The position numbers and the translations under genes are program-made. Below, one piece after another: positions 1 to 9,350 of a stretch of 33,474 nucleotides of DNA. Position 1 is the stretch's first letter. Every line of letters begins with the position of its first letter. This DNA is from Cladosporium halotolerans (lineage: Eukaryota): positions 186,001-219,474 of the forward strand of contig NW_027191489.1 in assembly GCF_011745625.1 (NCBI RefSeq), in the 5' to 3' direction. The notes beneath the pieces are model-generated. The model saw only the letters and a list, made by a program, of their open reading frames with translations. It was not told the origin of the DNA and did no database searches.

Positions 1-953
1 GAGGGGGAGTTTTCCGGCGAATTATGTCAGGTTGGGGTGAGGTGTTGATAGGTAGGTGATTAGGGTCGAGGGGAGGGTGGGATATGTGCGAGGGAGAGTT
101 TGAGGTGGATGGAAGGGTTAGAAGATGAGGGGTGGTGGCAGGGCAGTGGGCATTTGTTGAGAATCAATGGATCGAGGCATGTATCAACGGTGGCGTTGAA
201 TGTGTTACCGCGGAATTGATTGACTCTCGTGGCGTCTTCCGATACTTTCTAATTTGGTGATTGTCGTGAAACTTGATGGCTGATCATCAGCCTGCCTGAC
301 CTCGACGGTTTTCAGCTAAGAATCCGAACGATGCTTAAGTGTAGAGGCTTGACGAAATATAGCTTTTAGAAGTATCTCCAATCATTATTACTTCCACGGC
401 GTTCCTCTGCGGTGCGCAATCGGTGGGTAGTTCGAGCCAAAGTCTTCCTTCCGGTACTCACATGCCCCACCAAAGCAGTCTGGCACTCGGTAGAACCGCC
501 ACGACCGCATCGTTTACCAAACCTGCATACAAACTGCTGCGAATGCCCAAAAGCAACCAATCAACAGCCCCCACACCCCAGCGGCCGCTAACGGCCGCCT
601 GCATTCATCATGCAAGTGTTCATCCAGATATGCCTGCGGGACTCCCGCCAGCCAGTCGCTGGCCGATCGCCTTCACTTGTCGAAGCGCCCGGGCCCTCCC
701 GCTGCAGCTCGTGTGCAGGTCGGCGCTTAGACGTCACACCAATCAACTTCGATATACACGCATATGCCCGTCTTCCTAGACGTGCTTGCCAGGCCGATGG
801 CTGCTTTCACTGGCTGGCTGGTTTGTAGAGGGGATGGCGCGACGAGTAGTACTTTACCACTGATGAGGTGGAGAGCGGTAGGTCTTCGTAGGTTTCTGTT
901 CCTTCTTCCAGGCTCTGTTCTGTAATGCGCATTCAGACCGGAGTCACAACACG

Positions 954-2543
954 ATGGCGAGAAGTACACGGATACAATTCAGCAACACGGCCCTGGTTCT
1001 ACTATCCCTCACCTCTCTCAGCACCGCAAGCCTCTGGACCGTCGACATCGACCTAGGCCCTGCGCCCCTCCCCGAAGATGGCCCTCCGTTCTCCGCGCAC
1101 GCCTCGCGCGACAAATCCCTCCTCCCCTTCCAAGTCGCCGGCATCGTAGGAAGCTACTTCGGGACCATCCTGATCCTCGGCGTCCTTCTCTTGACCGTAG
1201 GCCGCTCGCGCAGGAAACAGGCTCTGGACCGCGCGGCGGATACGAAGGGCACGGAGATGGTGAAGCCGATGAGCAGGGCGTTCGATCCCAGCCCCGTCAG
1301 TCCTGTGAGCAGTCGCAGCTGGTACTCGCCGCGGAAGCTGAAGCCGAAGAAGAGCTCGGCTAGCAGTATTCGCAGTGGCGGGTTGAGCAATCCCGTCTCG
1401 CCGGCGGGCGTGAGTGTTGTCAGCTTTGATGCTGCAGTAGTGGAGGCGGATAGGCTGAAGCGGCAGGAGGAGATGGAGCGCTTGTATGCGGCTGTCATGG
1501 CGCAGGACGATCGTAGGTCGCTTGCGAAGGCTGCTAGTCCGCTTCTTGGTGCGGCGGACACGCCTCCGCCTCCTGGGTCACCGCCGGAGTATTCCAGGAA
1601 GAAGCCGCCGCCGAGGTTGATCACGAACGCCCCCAATCTGAGGCATTTGCAGCCGGGCCAGGCGCAGTATCCGACAACTCCTAGCAGTCCGTCCACGCCC
1701 AAGTCGCCTATCCGCGCTATCTATCCTCCTGATGGCCCCATGCCGCCTATTCCCACAGGCCCGACAAGCCCTCTCCGCGCTGAGTATCCGTCCAGCAGCA
1801 TGGCCCCAGCATATCACCCGCATCACAACTACGCCTCCAACCACCGTGACCGCTCCGCCTCCGATAGCAGCCAACGCTCCTCTCGAAAATTCCGCAAATC
1901 TCTCAAGCACATCAAAATCAGCTCCCCCATAATCCCAACCTCAGACAACAGCGACGGCGCCCGCACACCCCTCTCGCCCCGCTTCTACGCCAACCCCGGC
2001 ATTCCCCCCGACCCTCCCACCACAGCCGGCACGACAGACAGTCAGACCTACCCGCCCACAACACCCGGAACCGCAACCTCCTGGCTTCCCGGCGACGAAC
2101 AACCCCCTACCTCTACCACCACCACCCCGGACCTCACCCGCGCCCGCGCCCCACCCCTCCCCAACCCCCAACGCCACCAACGGCCTTACCCACCTCTCCC
2201 CCTCCCGCCCTCCCCATCCTCAACCCGCAAACCCCCCACAACCACGTCTCCCATGACCGCGCCCCTCCCCTTCCGCTCGCACCACCCCGTCAGCACAAAA
2301 ACAACCCTCCTCGAAGCGCGCCCGCGCAACAAAGCCCCGCACTTCCTCGCGACGCCGCGTACGGGGCTCGCGACGCCGTACTCGCCGTACATGCCGTTCA
2401 CGCCGCTGACGCCCGTGACGCCGCGGCTGGCGAGCGCGGCGGAGAGGAGGCAGAGGGCGCGGGAGAAGAGGGCGCTGAGGGGCGCGGTGGTGGAGGAGGA
2501 GGCTGTTGTGGGGGAGGGGGAGATGTGGGGGGTTGGATATTGA
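954..2543 (+). CDS. Uncharacterised single-pass membrane protein with Pro/Ser/Thr-rich cytoplasmic tail (529 aa, single exon)
   Basis: Long ATG ORF; N-terminal hydrophobic signal-like segment (ALVLLSLTSLSTA), short ectodomain, TM segment (VAGIVGSYFGTILILGVLLLTVG) followed by basic RSRRK, then low-complexity tail with many SP/TP sites (TPYSPYMPFTPLTPVTPR). Confidence 0.85.
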   Translation: MARSTRIQFSNTALVLLSLTSLSTASLWTVDIDLGPAPLPEDGPPFSAHASRDKSLLPFQVAGIVGSYFGTILILGVLLLTVGRSRRKQALDRAADTKGTEMVKPMSRAFDPSPVSPVSSRSWYSPRKLKPKKSSASSIRSGGLSNPVSPAGVSVVSFDAAVVEADRLKRQEEMERLYAAVMAQDDRRSLAKAASPLLGAADTPPPPGSPPEYSRKKPPPRLITNAPNLRHLQPGQAQYPTTPSSPSTPKSPIRAIYPPDGPMPPIPTGPTSPLRAEYPSSSMAPAYHPHHNYASNHRDRSASDSSQRSSRKFRKSLKHIKISSPIIPTSDNSDGARTPLSPRFYANPGIPPDPPTTAGTTDSQTYPPTTPGTATSWLPGDEQPPTSTTTTPDLTRARAPPLPNPQRHQRPYPPLPLPPSPSSTRKPPTTTSPMTAPLPFRSHHPVSTKTTLLEARPRNKAPHFLATPRTGLATPYSPYMPFTPLTPVTPRLASAAERRQRAREKRALRGAVVEEEAVVGEGEMWGVGY

Positions 2544-3238
2544 TATATTTCATCGGGGGGTTTCGAGGGGTTTGGAAGTCATTGGGACTTATGATGTGGA
2601 GTGCATTATTTTAATGAGTGCTTAGGTGATGTTATTTACGGACCAACGATTGCAATGGGGCCTTAGGCGATGTTGCTTATGATGAATGTACACCCAGTTC
2701 AAGGATGAGCTATTCAGCTACATTAGTACAGTTATATTTAAAATTCGTGACGAGAACCCTGGATTCTCCTCGTTGCTGATATCATCAGCACCGTGCACGT
2801 TCATACGCTCGATATACAATGTCTTAATCAGACCAATTTATTGTTGCCTGAGGCTGCATTATCAATCGATCGGCTCACCAATTGCCCGAAAGCCGAACTT
2901 CTACATCACTTCGCGAAGACCCTTGATCGTGACGTAGCCAATCGTCACATCTCACCAGGGTGATGCATTCTTGAGTAGTAGAGTCTGGCTGCCACAGCAT
3001 CATGGATTGCGATGTTGTGATGGATACAGCAAGACCAACCCATACTTAACCGGCAGCAACATATCAACCCCGCCAACTCCGCTCCTTCTCACCTTTTTCC
3101 TTCCAAATGCGTCCCTTTGCACCCCAACTTGCACGCTTCACAAACAGAACCACCGCCTCCTCTCCCATAGCTCAAACAGCAGCTGGGTATTTTTCCTCCG
3201 GTTATCAAAGCTCTCCTTCTCCCCCACGGCAAAATAGA

Positions 3239-4052
3239 ATGGCCTCCACCGAGACTGGCGAGCTCAAGCTCGAGACCACCGACGTCAAGACCGCCCCTGG
3301 TGTTGACCTGAGCAGCGAGCAGAGAACCCTCGTGGCCTCTGTTCTGGACCTCTTTGCGGGCAGGCCGTCGCTCGCGAAGTTGCAGCTGTGGAAGGATGAT
3401 GGCGAGTTCAGCGACCCTATCACCATGGCCAAGGGCAGGAAGCAGTACGAGGCTCAATGGGTGAGTGCCTCCGGTGCCTCTGGAAGATCTACGCAAACAA
3501 GAGTGATGTTGACAAACGGCATACAGTACGGCCTGCAAACCGCCTTCTCCGAGATCGAGCGCAAATCGCACAACGTGACCTCCGCCGGCAACCCCATCTC
3601 AATGGACCTCACCACGCGCTACAAAGTCAAGGGCGTCGGCAAGGAGACGACGATCAACAGCAAGATCAACATCTTCACGGACGGCGGCAAGATCCAGCGC
3701 GTCGAGGACAAGTGGGACGGCAAGCTGCCGGACTCCAGCATCACCAATGTATGTAACCGATGGTTCAACGCTGTCAGCCCGTTCTTCTGGACGCACTACG
3801 CTTTCGGCTGGTTCTACTCGGCGATCGTGCTGCTGCACGAGACGCCATTGGCGAGGGTGAGAGGGTTGCATGGTTTTCTTGCCGAACTCCTCCTGCATGC
3901 TCTTATCTGCCAACAGTTTCTATCTTCTATGCATGTGGACACATGTACTGACCCATTGATCACAGGCCTTCCGCAGGCTCAACGCCGTCTCCGTCCCGAA
4001 AATGGTCGGCGTGCCCAACAACGCCGAAGAAGACGCCAAGCGCGGCAACTAG
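3239..4052 (+). CDS. Small SnoaL/NTF2-like fold protein; exons 3239-3460, 3527-3748, 3966-4052 (possible upstream start 3107)
   Basis: Introns 3461-3526 (GTGAGT..TTGAC..CAG) and 3749-3965 (GTATGT..CTGAC..CAG) give a continuous frame: VLDLFAGRPSLAKLQLWKDDGEFSDPITMAKGRKQYEAQW|YGL...RVEDKWDGKLPDSSITN|AFRRLNAVSVPKMVGVPNNAEEDAKRGN*. The FxDP and I..vED.WD pattern suggests an NTF2-like fold (inference). Confidence 0.8.
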
Positions 4053-4715
4053 CAGCTGCACAAGAACAATCTGGGACTCACGCTGGCGGAACTGGAACTC
4101 GTCAGACCCGGTCTCTTCCTTCCCGCTCTCGAGAAAGGCAAGCGCAAGGGCATCTTGAAGAACCGCCAGGAACCGCAAGCCGGATCGTCCCATCTTCGCG
4201 ACTCAGGAGCTGGGCTCAGCCGTCGTGGTTCTGAGGCGCTGAACAGCGTTGATATATCCCCTTTGACCTCGGTGGCCGGTCCTGAGGCGAATCCGCCTCC
4301 GAGTTGCAAAGCGCAATGACTCCCTGACGATGATGAATTTGTACGATACAGGAGGGAATTAGGCCCATAGCATGACGTATTATTCTTTTGGTCGTATATC
4401 GGTGCGCTGTCCATCATGGCTCTTTTCGTTACGTTGTTCAAGGAGGTGCTTCCAGTCTGTTTGGAGGTATGGGCATTTCTCCACGTTTGTTGTCGGGCCG
4501 TCGTGGTTGCAGTCATGGCCTTCTTCACTTGGCCACTGCGGATGTCACTGGCGTGGGCGAAGGGGTACCTTGGCCACACGTATTAGGACAGTCGTTTCAG
4601 ACTTCAATTCCACATTCGTTCCCAATCGTCCACCATGGCGTGCCAAAACCGAATCACGTAGTCCATTCCCATCCGCCAAAACCCGCCTCGCTTTCCCAGC
4701 TCTTCCCCTCAACTC

Positions 4716-5255
4716 TCAAGACTCCTTAACATGGCCCGCCGTCGCAACCTCCAAAATCTCCTCCTCCAAACCCCCAACATGCACGACCTCAATCCCCGCC
4801 TCCTCCAACCTCCTCCTACCCACATTCTCCCCAACAAACGTCTCCGGCTCCCGAACCCCACAAACAACCCTCCTAACCCTCGCCCTCCCATCCGCCCCCC
4901 TCAGCCTCAAAATCCTCTCCACGCACGTTAGATTCCCCGCCGAGCGCTTATTACACGGCTCCATCGTCGTGTACAGCACCACATCCTCCGGCAGATACGG
5001 GCCTAGAGCGTCCTCGACAGGCGAGGAAGTGATGCCGTGCGCGGAGGCGAGTTTGACGAAGCAGGTCTGCTCCGCGTGCGTGTTGCCGGGCGCTTCGAGC
5101 GTGTAGCCTGTGGCGAGGATTTGGGGCTCGGAGGAGGGCGAGAGGAGGAGGGCGCCGACGCGGAAGTTGGTGGGTTTGGGCGGCGAGAGGCGGGCGAGGG
5201 AGAGGGCGTGGCGGAGGTGGGTGAGGTGGTCTTCGTTTGAGGAGGGCGTGGCCAT
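4716..5255 (-). CDS. Zn-dependent cytidine-deaminase-family protein, RIB2-type DRAP (riboflavin pathway pyrimidine) deaminase, standalone (179 aa)
   Basis: Motifs FRVGALL, TGYTLEAPGNTHAEQ (HxE) and LYTTMEPCNKRSAGNLTC (PC..C), and GVREPETFV, match the deaminase domain of yeast Rib2. Confidence 0.85.
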   Translation of the reverse strand: MATPSSNEDHLTHLRHALSLARLSPPKPTNFRVGALLLSPSSEPQILATGYTLEAPGNTHAEQTCFVKLASAHGITSSPVEDALGPYLPEDVVLYTTMEPCNKRSAGNLTCVERILRLRGADGRARVRRVVCGVREPETFVGENVGRRRLEEAGIEVVHVGGLEEEILEVATAGHVKES

Positions 5256-5634
5256 TGTGGGATGTGGAGTGGTAGGGTTTCTTGTGAATTTGGCTTCTGA
5301 ATAATCCTTTTCTTTTTTTTTGGCTTTAGCTCGATTTCTTGTTTAGAGATCACAGATCAGTGAAGCTTTCTTCTCTTGAAGCGTAGAAGCCGGAAGTCGC
5401 ATGTGATAATGACGTACCCGGATTTAAGCGGCGATTGGAGAAAGTGAGCTGGAAACGCGCTTTCGCGCGCGTCGCGTCCTCCAAGGTGCCCAACTCTTGC
5501 GACTCTCAGTCTCCCACTTCACTTGATCCACTACAAAGTCCCGCCACTTCAACCGTCCCAAATCAAGCATCTTGATTCTCCCGAAACAACCAAAACCTCT
5601 CAACTCACTCGCCAAACCTCCCAAACCCTCAAGA
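5256..5634. promoter_or_regulatory. Probable bidirectional promoter between the deaminase and DnaJ genes
   Basis: 379-bp head-to-head gap with a poly-T tract near 5308-5321 and CGCG-rich core near 5455-5475. Confidence 0.5.
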
Positions 5635-6522
5635 ATGGAGGACCTTCTCAACTCCACCGAACCGCCCACCATCGACCCCTACGCCGTCCTCTCCGTCCCA
5701 CAAGACGCAACACCCGACCAAATCAAGACCGCCTACCGCAAAGCCGCTCTCAAACACCACCCCGACAAAGCAGCCGAAAGCGACAAAGCCACCGCGCACG
5801 CCAAATTCCAAGAAATCGCCTTCGCGCACGCGATCCTGAGCGACGAGAGGCGGCGGCGCCGCTACGACGTCACAGGCCGCACGGAAGAGAGCCTGGACGT
5901 GGACGGCGAAGATGGCGATTTCGACTGGATGAGCTACTACCGCGAGCAGTACCGCGACGTGATCACGACGGAGGCGATCGACAAATTCAGCGAAGGGTAC
6001 AAGGGGTCTGAGGAGGAGCGGCGGGACGTGCTGGACTGGTTTGAGCGTTGCGAGGGGGATATGCGGAAGCTGTATCAGAATGTGATGTTGTCTGATATGG
6101 CTGTGGATGAGGACAGGTTTAGGGAGATTATCGACGAGGCGCTTGAGAAGGAGGAGGTTGAGGCGTATAAGAAGTATACGAAGGAGAGCGAGGCGGCGCG
6201 GAAGAAGAGGGTGGATGCTGCGAAGAAGAAGCGCGACAAGGATGCGAGGGAGGCGGAGGCGCATGCAGAGGATCTAGGGATTGGGAAGGATTTGAAGAAA
6301 AAGGATAAGGGGAAGAAGGATGGGGGAATGGGCGATTTGGCAGCTCTCATTGGGCAGAGGCAGAAGGGGAGGGCAGAGGGGTTCTTGGCTGACTTGGAGG
6401 CGAAGTATGCGCCGAAAGGAAAGGCGAAGGCTGGAGCTAAGAGGACAACTGAGGAACCGCCTGAGGAAGCTTTTGCAAAGACCGAGGCTGGGAGGAAGAG
6501 CAAGCGGACGAAGAAGACTTGA
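5635..6522 (+). CDS. DnaJ-domain protein, DNAJC9-like (295 aa)
   Basis: First ATG at 5635; J domain DPYAVLSV..IKTAYRKAALKHHPDK..FQEIAFAHAILSDERRRRRYD; YKGSEEERRD middle block and C-terminal FLADLEAKY motif typical of the DNAJC9 family. Confidence 0.9.
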   Translation: MEDLLNSTEPPTIDPYAVLSVPQDATPDQIKTAYRKAALKHHPDKAAESDKATAHAKFQEIAFAHAILSDERRRRRYDVTGRTEESLDVDGEDGDFDWMSYYREQYRDVITTEAIDKFSEGYKGSEEERRDVLDWFERCEGDMRKLYQNVMLSDMAVDEDRFREIIDEALEKEEVEAYKKYTKESEAARKKRVDAAKKKRDKDAREAEAHAEDLGIGKDLKKKDKGKKDGGMGDLAALIGQRQKGRAEGFLADLEAKYAPKGKAKAGAKRTTEEPPEEAFAKTEAGRKSKRTKKT

Positions 6523-6799
6523 GTCTGATCCTTGATGGGAGGCCTATTGGGGTCTTTGTTTGCAATGCACCATTTGAAGTTTCTAGCGAGGCGTTTGGGG
6601 CAAGAAAGGAGTACGGCTGCGGTATACCAAGGACTGCAAACCCTCAGGCCGTGGATCATAGCAGGGCATGAACGTATGAAAATCATGAGCATACCATTAC
6701 TGGGTCTAGAAAATACGAAGACGATCAGCCTCTTCAAATTTAGATCTTGCGTTACTAGCTAATGCGTGCCGTCGAGTATGGCCTGCTGCAAGCCCTGTC

Positions 6800-7766
6800 T
6801 CATATGAAAGGAATCCCCGTTCTCGTCCGCTTCCTGTACGCCTCGTACTCACTCCCAAAGAATTGGACCAGCGAGCGCTCCTCACCTACGATTGTGTCAG
6901 TACCGTAGTAGTCCGTTTATGCAGGCGGTGAACTTACGCTGGATCCTATCGTGGAAAAACTTCCACAGCACAACAACGTAGGCGATCAAACAAAGCTTGT
7001 TGCCCACCAAAAGCTGCGTCCCGATGGCCCACCAGAAGAAGGCAAAGTACGAAGGGTGTCTGGAATAGGCGTACACGCCTCTTGTGACGAGCTCGTGGTC
7101 GACCTTCTTGACCATCTGAGGCGTGTGGTTGAAGTTGGTGCCCGCCGTCGCCATGGCTAGACTCCTCGTGGCTTGTCCGAAAATGATAAGGAAAAGGCCG
7201 ATCGAGATCGTGATAGTATTGCAGTACTTGGCTTGAAAGCGAGGAAAAGCAAAGGTCGAGACAACGATCTCGAGCATAGCGCATGTATGGGCGACATTAT
7301 ACGCGGTACCGTTGGTGAATAGGAGGAAGCTGCTCGCGCGGACAACAGGAACGTTGTAGGTGGCGGTCGTCCAGTATTCGAGAAAGTGGAACAGACTTAG
7401 ACTGGCGACGAATGCGAAGAGTCGCCAGATCGGATAATCAAAATATGCCGTTTGCGCCCCGAGGACCAAAGAAGTAGCGAGGGCGAAACCGAGCCAGAAG
7501 GATTGGGCGCCGATGCTGGAGAGAGAGCGTTTACCATCTGGGAGGAGGGTTGGATCGTATGGGAGCGGTTTGCTGGTGAATGGACTTTGAACATCTGCGT
7601 AGTCGTACTGGATTCTGTCCGGCGTCTCATCGGTATCCTCCTTGCTCGAGTCTTGCGTCGAGCGGCGGACGGTGTTGCTGTCTGAAGAAGGGGCGAGATG
7701 GCCGTTCGCCTGTTGACCTGAGCTTTGGCCTGAAGCAGCAGACGACGATGTAGAAGGCCGTGCCAT
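6800..7766 (-). CDS. STE14: Protein-S-isoprenylcysteine O-methyltransferase; exons 7766-6938 and 6885-6800 (304 aa)
   Basis: ICMT motifs FHFLEY, AGTNFNH, HELVTRGVYAYSRHPSYFAFFWW; 52-nt intron 6886-6937 (GTAAGT..CTGAC..TAG) restores the C-terminus RIQR|EERSLVQFFGSEYEAYRKRTRTGIPFI*. Confidence 0.93.
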
Positions 7767-8047
7767 GGTTCGTTCCGTCTAGTACTCTTTTGCCGAGTAG
7801 GTGTGTCACAACAGCACCATCACCACGCGTGGATGCTTTTCTGTGTTTATTCAGGCATGTGAAACGGCTCGAAACGCCGGATGCGGCTCCGCGGCCACAA
7901 TCCTAAGGCCAAACCTTATCGCCGAGCCGCGCCTTATCTCCAGCCCCACGTCACTTCTGCCTTCGCGACAATGAAGCTTCGACGAGTACACACACTCATA
8001 CCTTCGCCGAACACAGCATAGGCGCAGGTCGCCATCTGCGTCCGGAC
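7767..8047. promoter_or_regulatory. Probable bidirectional promoter between STE14 and the HPD-motif gene
   Basis: Only 281 bp between two divergent ATGs. Confidence 0.5.
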
Positions 8048-9190
8048 ATGCCTTCAATAGCAGAGAGTAAGCGACAAGTCTCTGAAGGCTTGTCGGCTGC
8101 CGGGACCGACCACGACGCCATCCTCGCAAGCCTGCAAGACGAGATCGACAAACACAACCGTGCAACGGACTCGAGCACGCGTTCGCACAGGCGATCGAAG
8201 CGCCGGCACGACAGCGACGAACGCGACACTGAACCAAATCATCGCCGCGAAAGACACCTGCGCTTCCGCTTCAAATCCGGCGTCGAAGAGCCCCGGCGCA
8301 AAAGGCGTTCCAAGCGCTCGTACTCTTCCAAACCAACACCCGACGATGAAGAGACTCAAACCGCGCACCCATTTCCTCGCGAGCCCGCCAACCCTGATGT
8401 ACCTGACCTCCCCTCAAACACCGCCGCCTTCCAGACCTCGCTCTTCGACGCCTTGGCTGACGATGAAGCCGCTGCCTACTGGGAATCAGTCTACTCGCAA
8501 CCGATCCACGTCTATTCCCGGCCAAAAGCAGAGACCGCCACAGGCAAGTTGGAGGAAATGGACGACGAGTCATATGCGGCCTACGTGCAGCGTAAGATGT
8601 GGGAGAAGCAGCACCCGGAAGTGATGGAGGAGCAGGAACAGGCGGCGCGCAAGCGGCGCGAAGAGGCGGAAGCAAAAGAAGCGCGGCGGGAGGCATTCAT
8701 ACGCGCACGGCAGAAGGAAGCGTGGGATCGCGCAAGTCGTGCCAAGGGTACTGGTCGGAAAGACGACCCGTACGAGTACACGTTCGATTTCCGCGACAGG
8801 GACACCGAGCGCAAGGAGAAGCCGGACAGGGATCTTTACGCTCGCGCCTGGGCTTCGTACCTTGCTGCGTGGGATACCCTCAAAGCTGCACTTATTGCGC
8901 CGCCTTCTCCCTCAGCGAAGCCGCCCAAGCCGCCTTCGAAGCGCATCCCCTGGCCTACATTGCAGAACCGCCCTGCTACCAGACCAAACATTGAGGAGTT
9001 CATGCGGCACATTCCCGGCGACGGCGCGGGGACGCTACAGGCGCTGAAATTGGAGCGTGTACGATGGCACCCAGACAAAGTACAGCAGCGCTTTGGGGGC
9101 GCGGTGGACGAGGGGACGATGAAGGTCGTCACTGGGGTGTTTCAAGTAGTGGACTCGCTGGTGGAAGAGGAAAGGAAGAAAGAGGCCTGA
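8048..9190 (+). CDS. Uncharacterised protein with basic N-terminus, coiled coil and C-terminal RWHPDK (J-like / NFKBIL1-like) module (380 aa)
   Basis: Single long ATG ORF with coding-like codon use; FQTSLFDALADDEAAAYWESVYSQPIH block, IPWP motif and LKLERVRWHPDKVQQRFG. Confidence 0.8.
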   Translation: MPSIAESKRQVSEGLSAAGTDHDAILASLQDEIDKHNRATDSSTRSHRRSKRRHDSDERDTEPNHRRERHLRFRFKSGVEEPRRKRRSKRSYSSKPTPDDEETQTAHPFPREPANPDVPDLPSNTAAFQTSLFDALADDEAAAYWESVYSQPIHVYSRPKAETATGKLEEMDDESYAAYVQRKMWEKQHPEVMEEQEQAARKRREEAEAKEARREAFIRARQKEAWDRASRAKGTGRKDDPYEYTFDFRDRDTERKEKPDRDLYARAWASYLAAWDTLKAALIAPPSPSAKPPKPPSKRIPWPTLQNRPATRPNIEEFMRHIPGDGAGTLQALKLERVRWHPDKVQQRFGGAVDEGTMKVVTGVFQVVDSLVEEERKKEA

Positions 9191-9350
9191 AAGCCTTGAA
9201 GCTTTGCCGTAGGAATCTAAGCTATATGCACTGTTAGTCTCACTTCCTGACCATTCCTCTGCTGCGAATGTGTCTACAGCGTCAATTCGTCAAATCGTAT
9301 ATGCAATCGACAGTCCACCACCGTCCCGACTTCATATCTTACAAACCCCC

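Noticed and set aside
3749..4234. C-terminal half of the 375-aa ORF 3107-4234 as the real protein end
   Set aside because: It runs through an intron with good donor, branch and acceptor; the spliced frame gives a more protein-like end at 4052.
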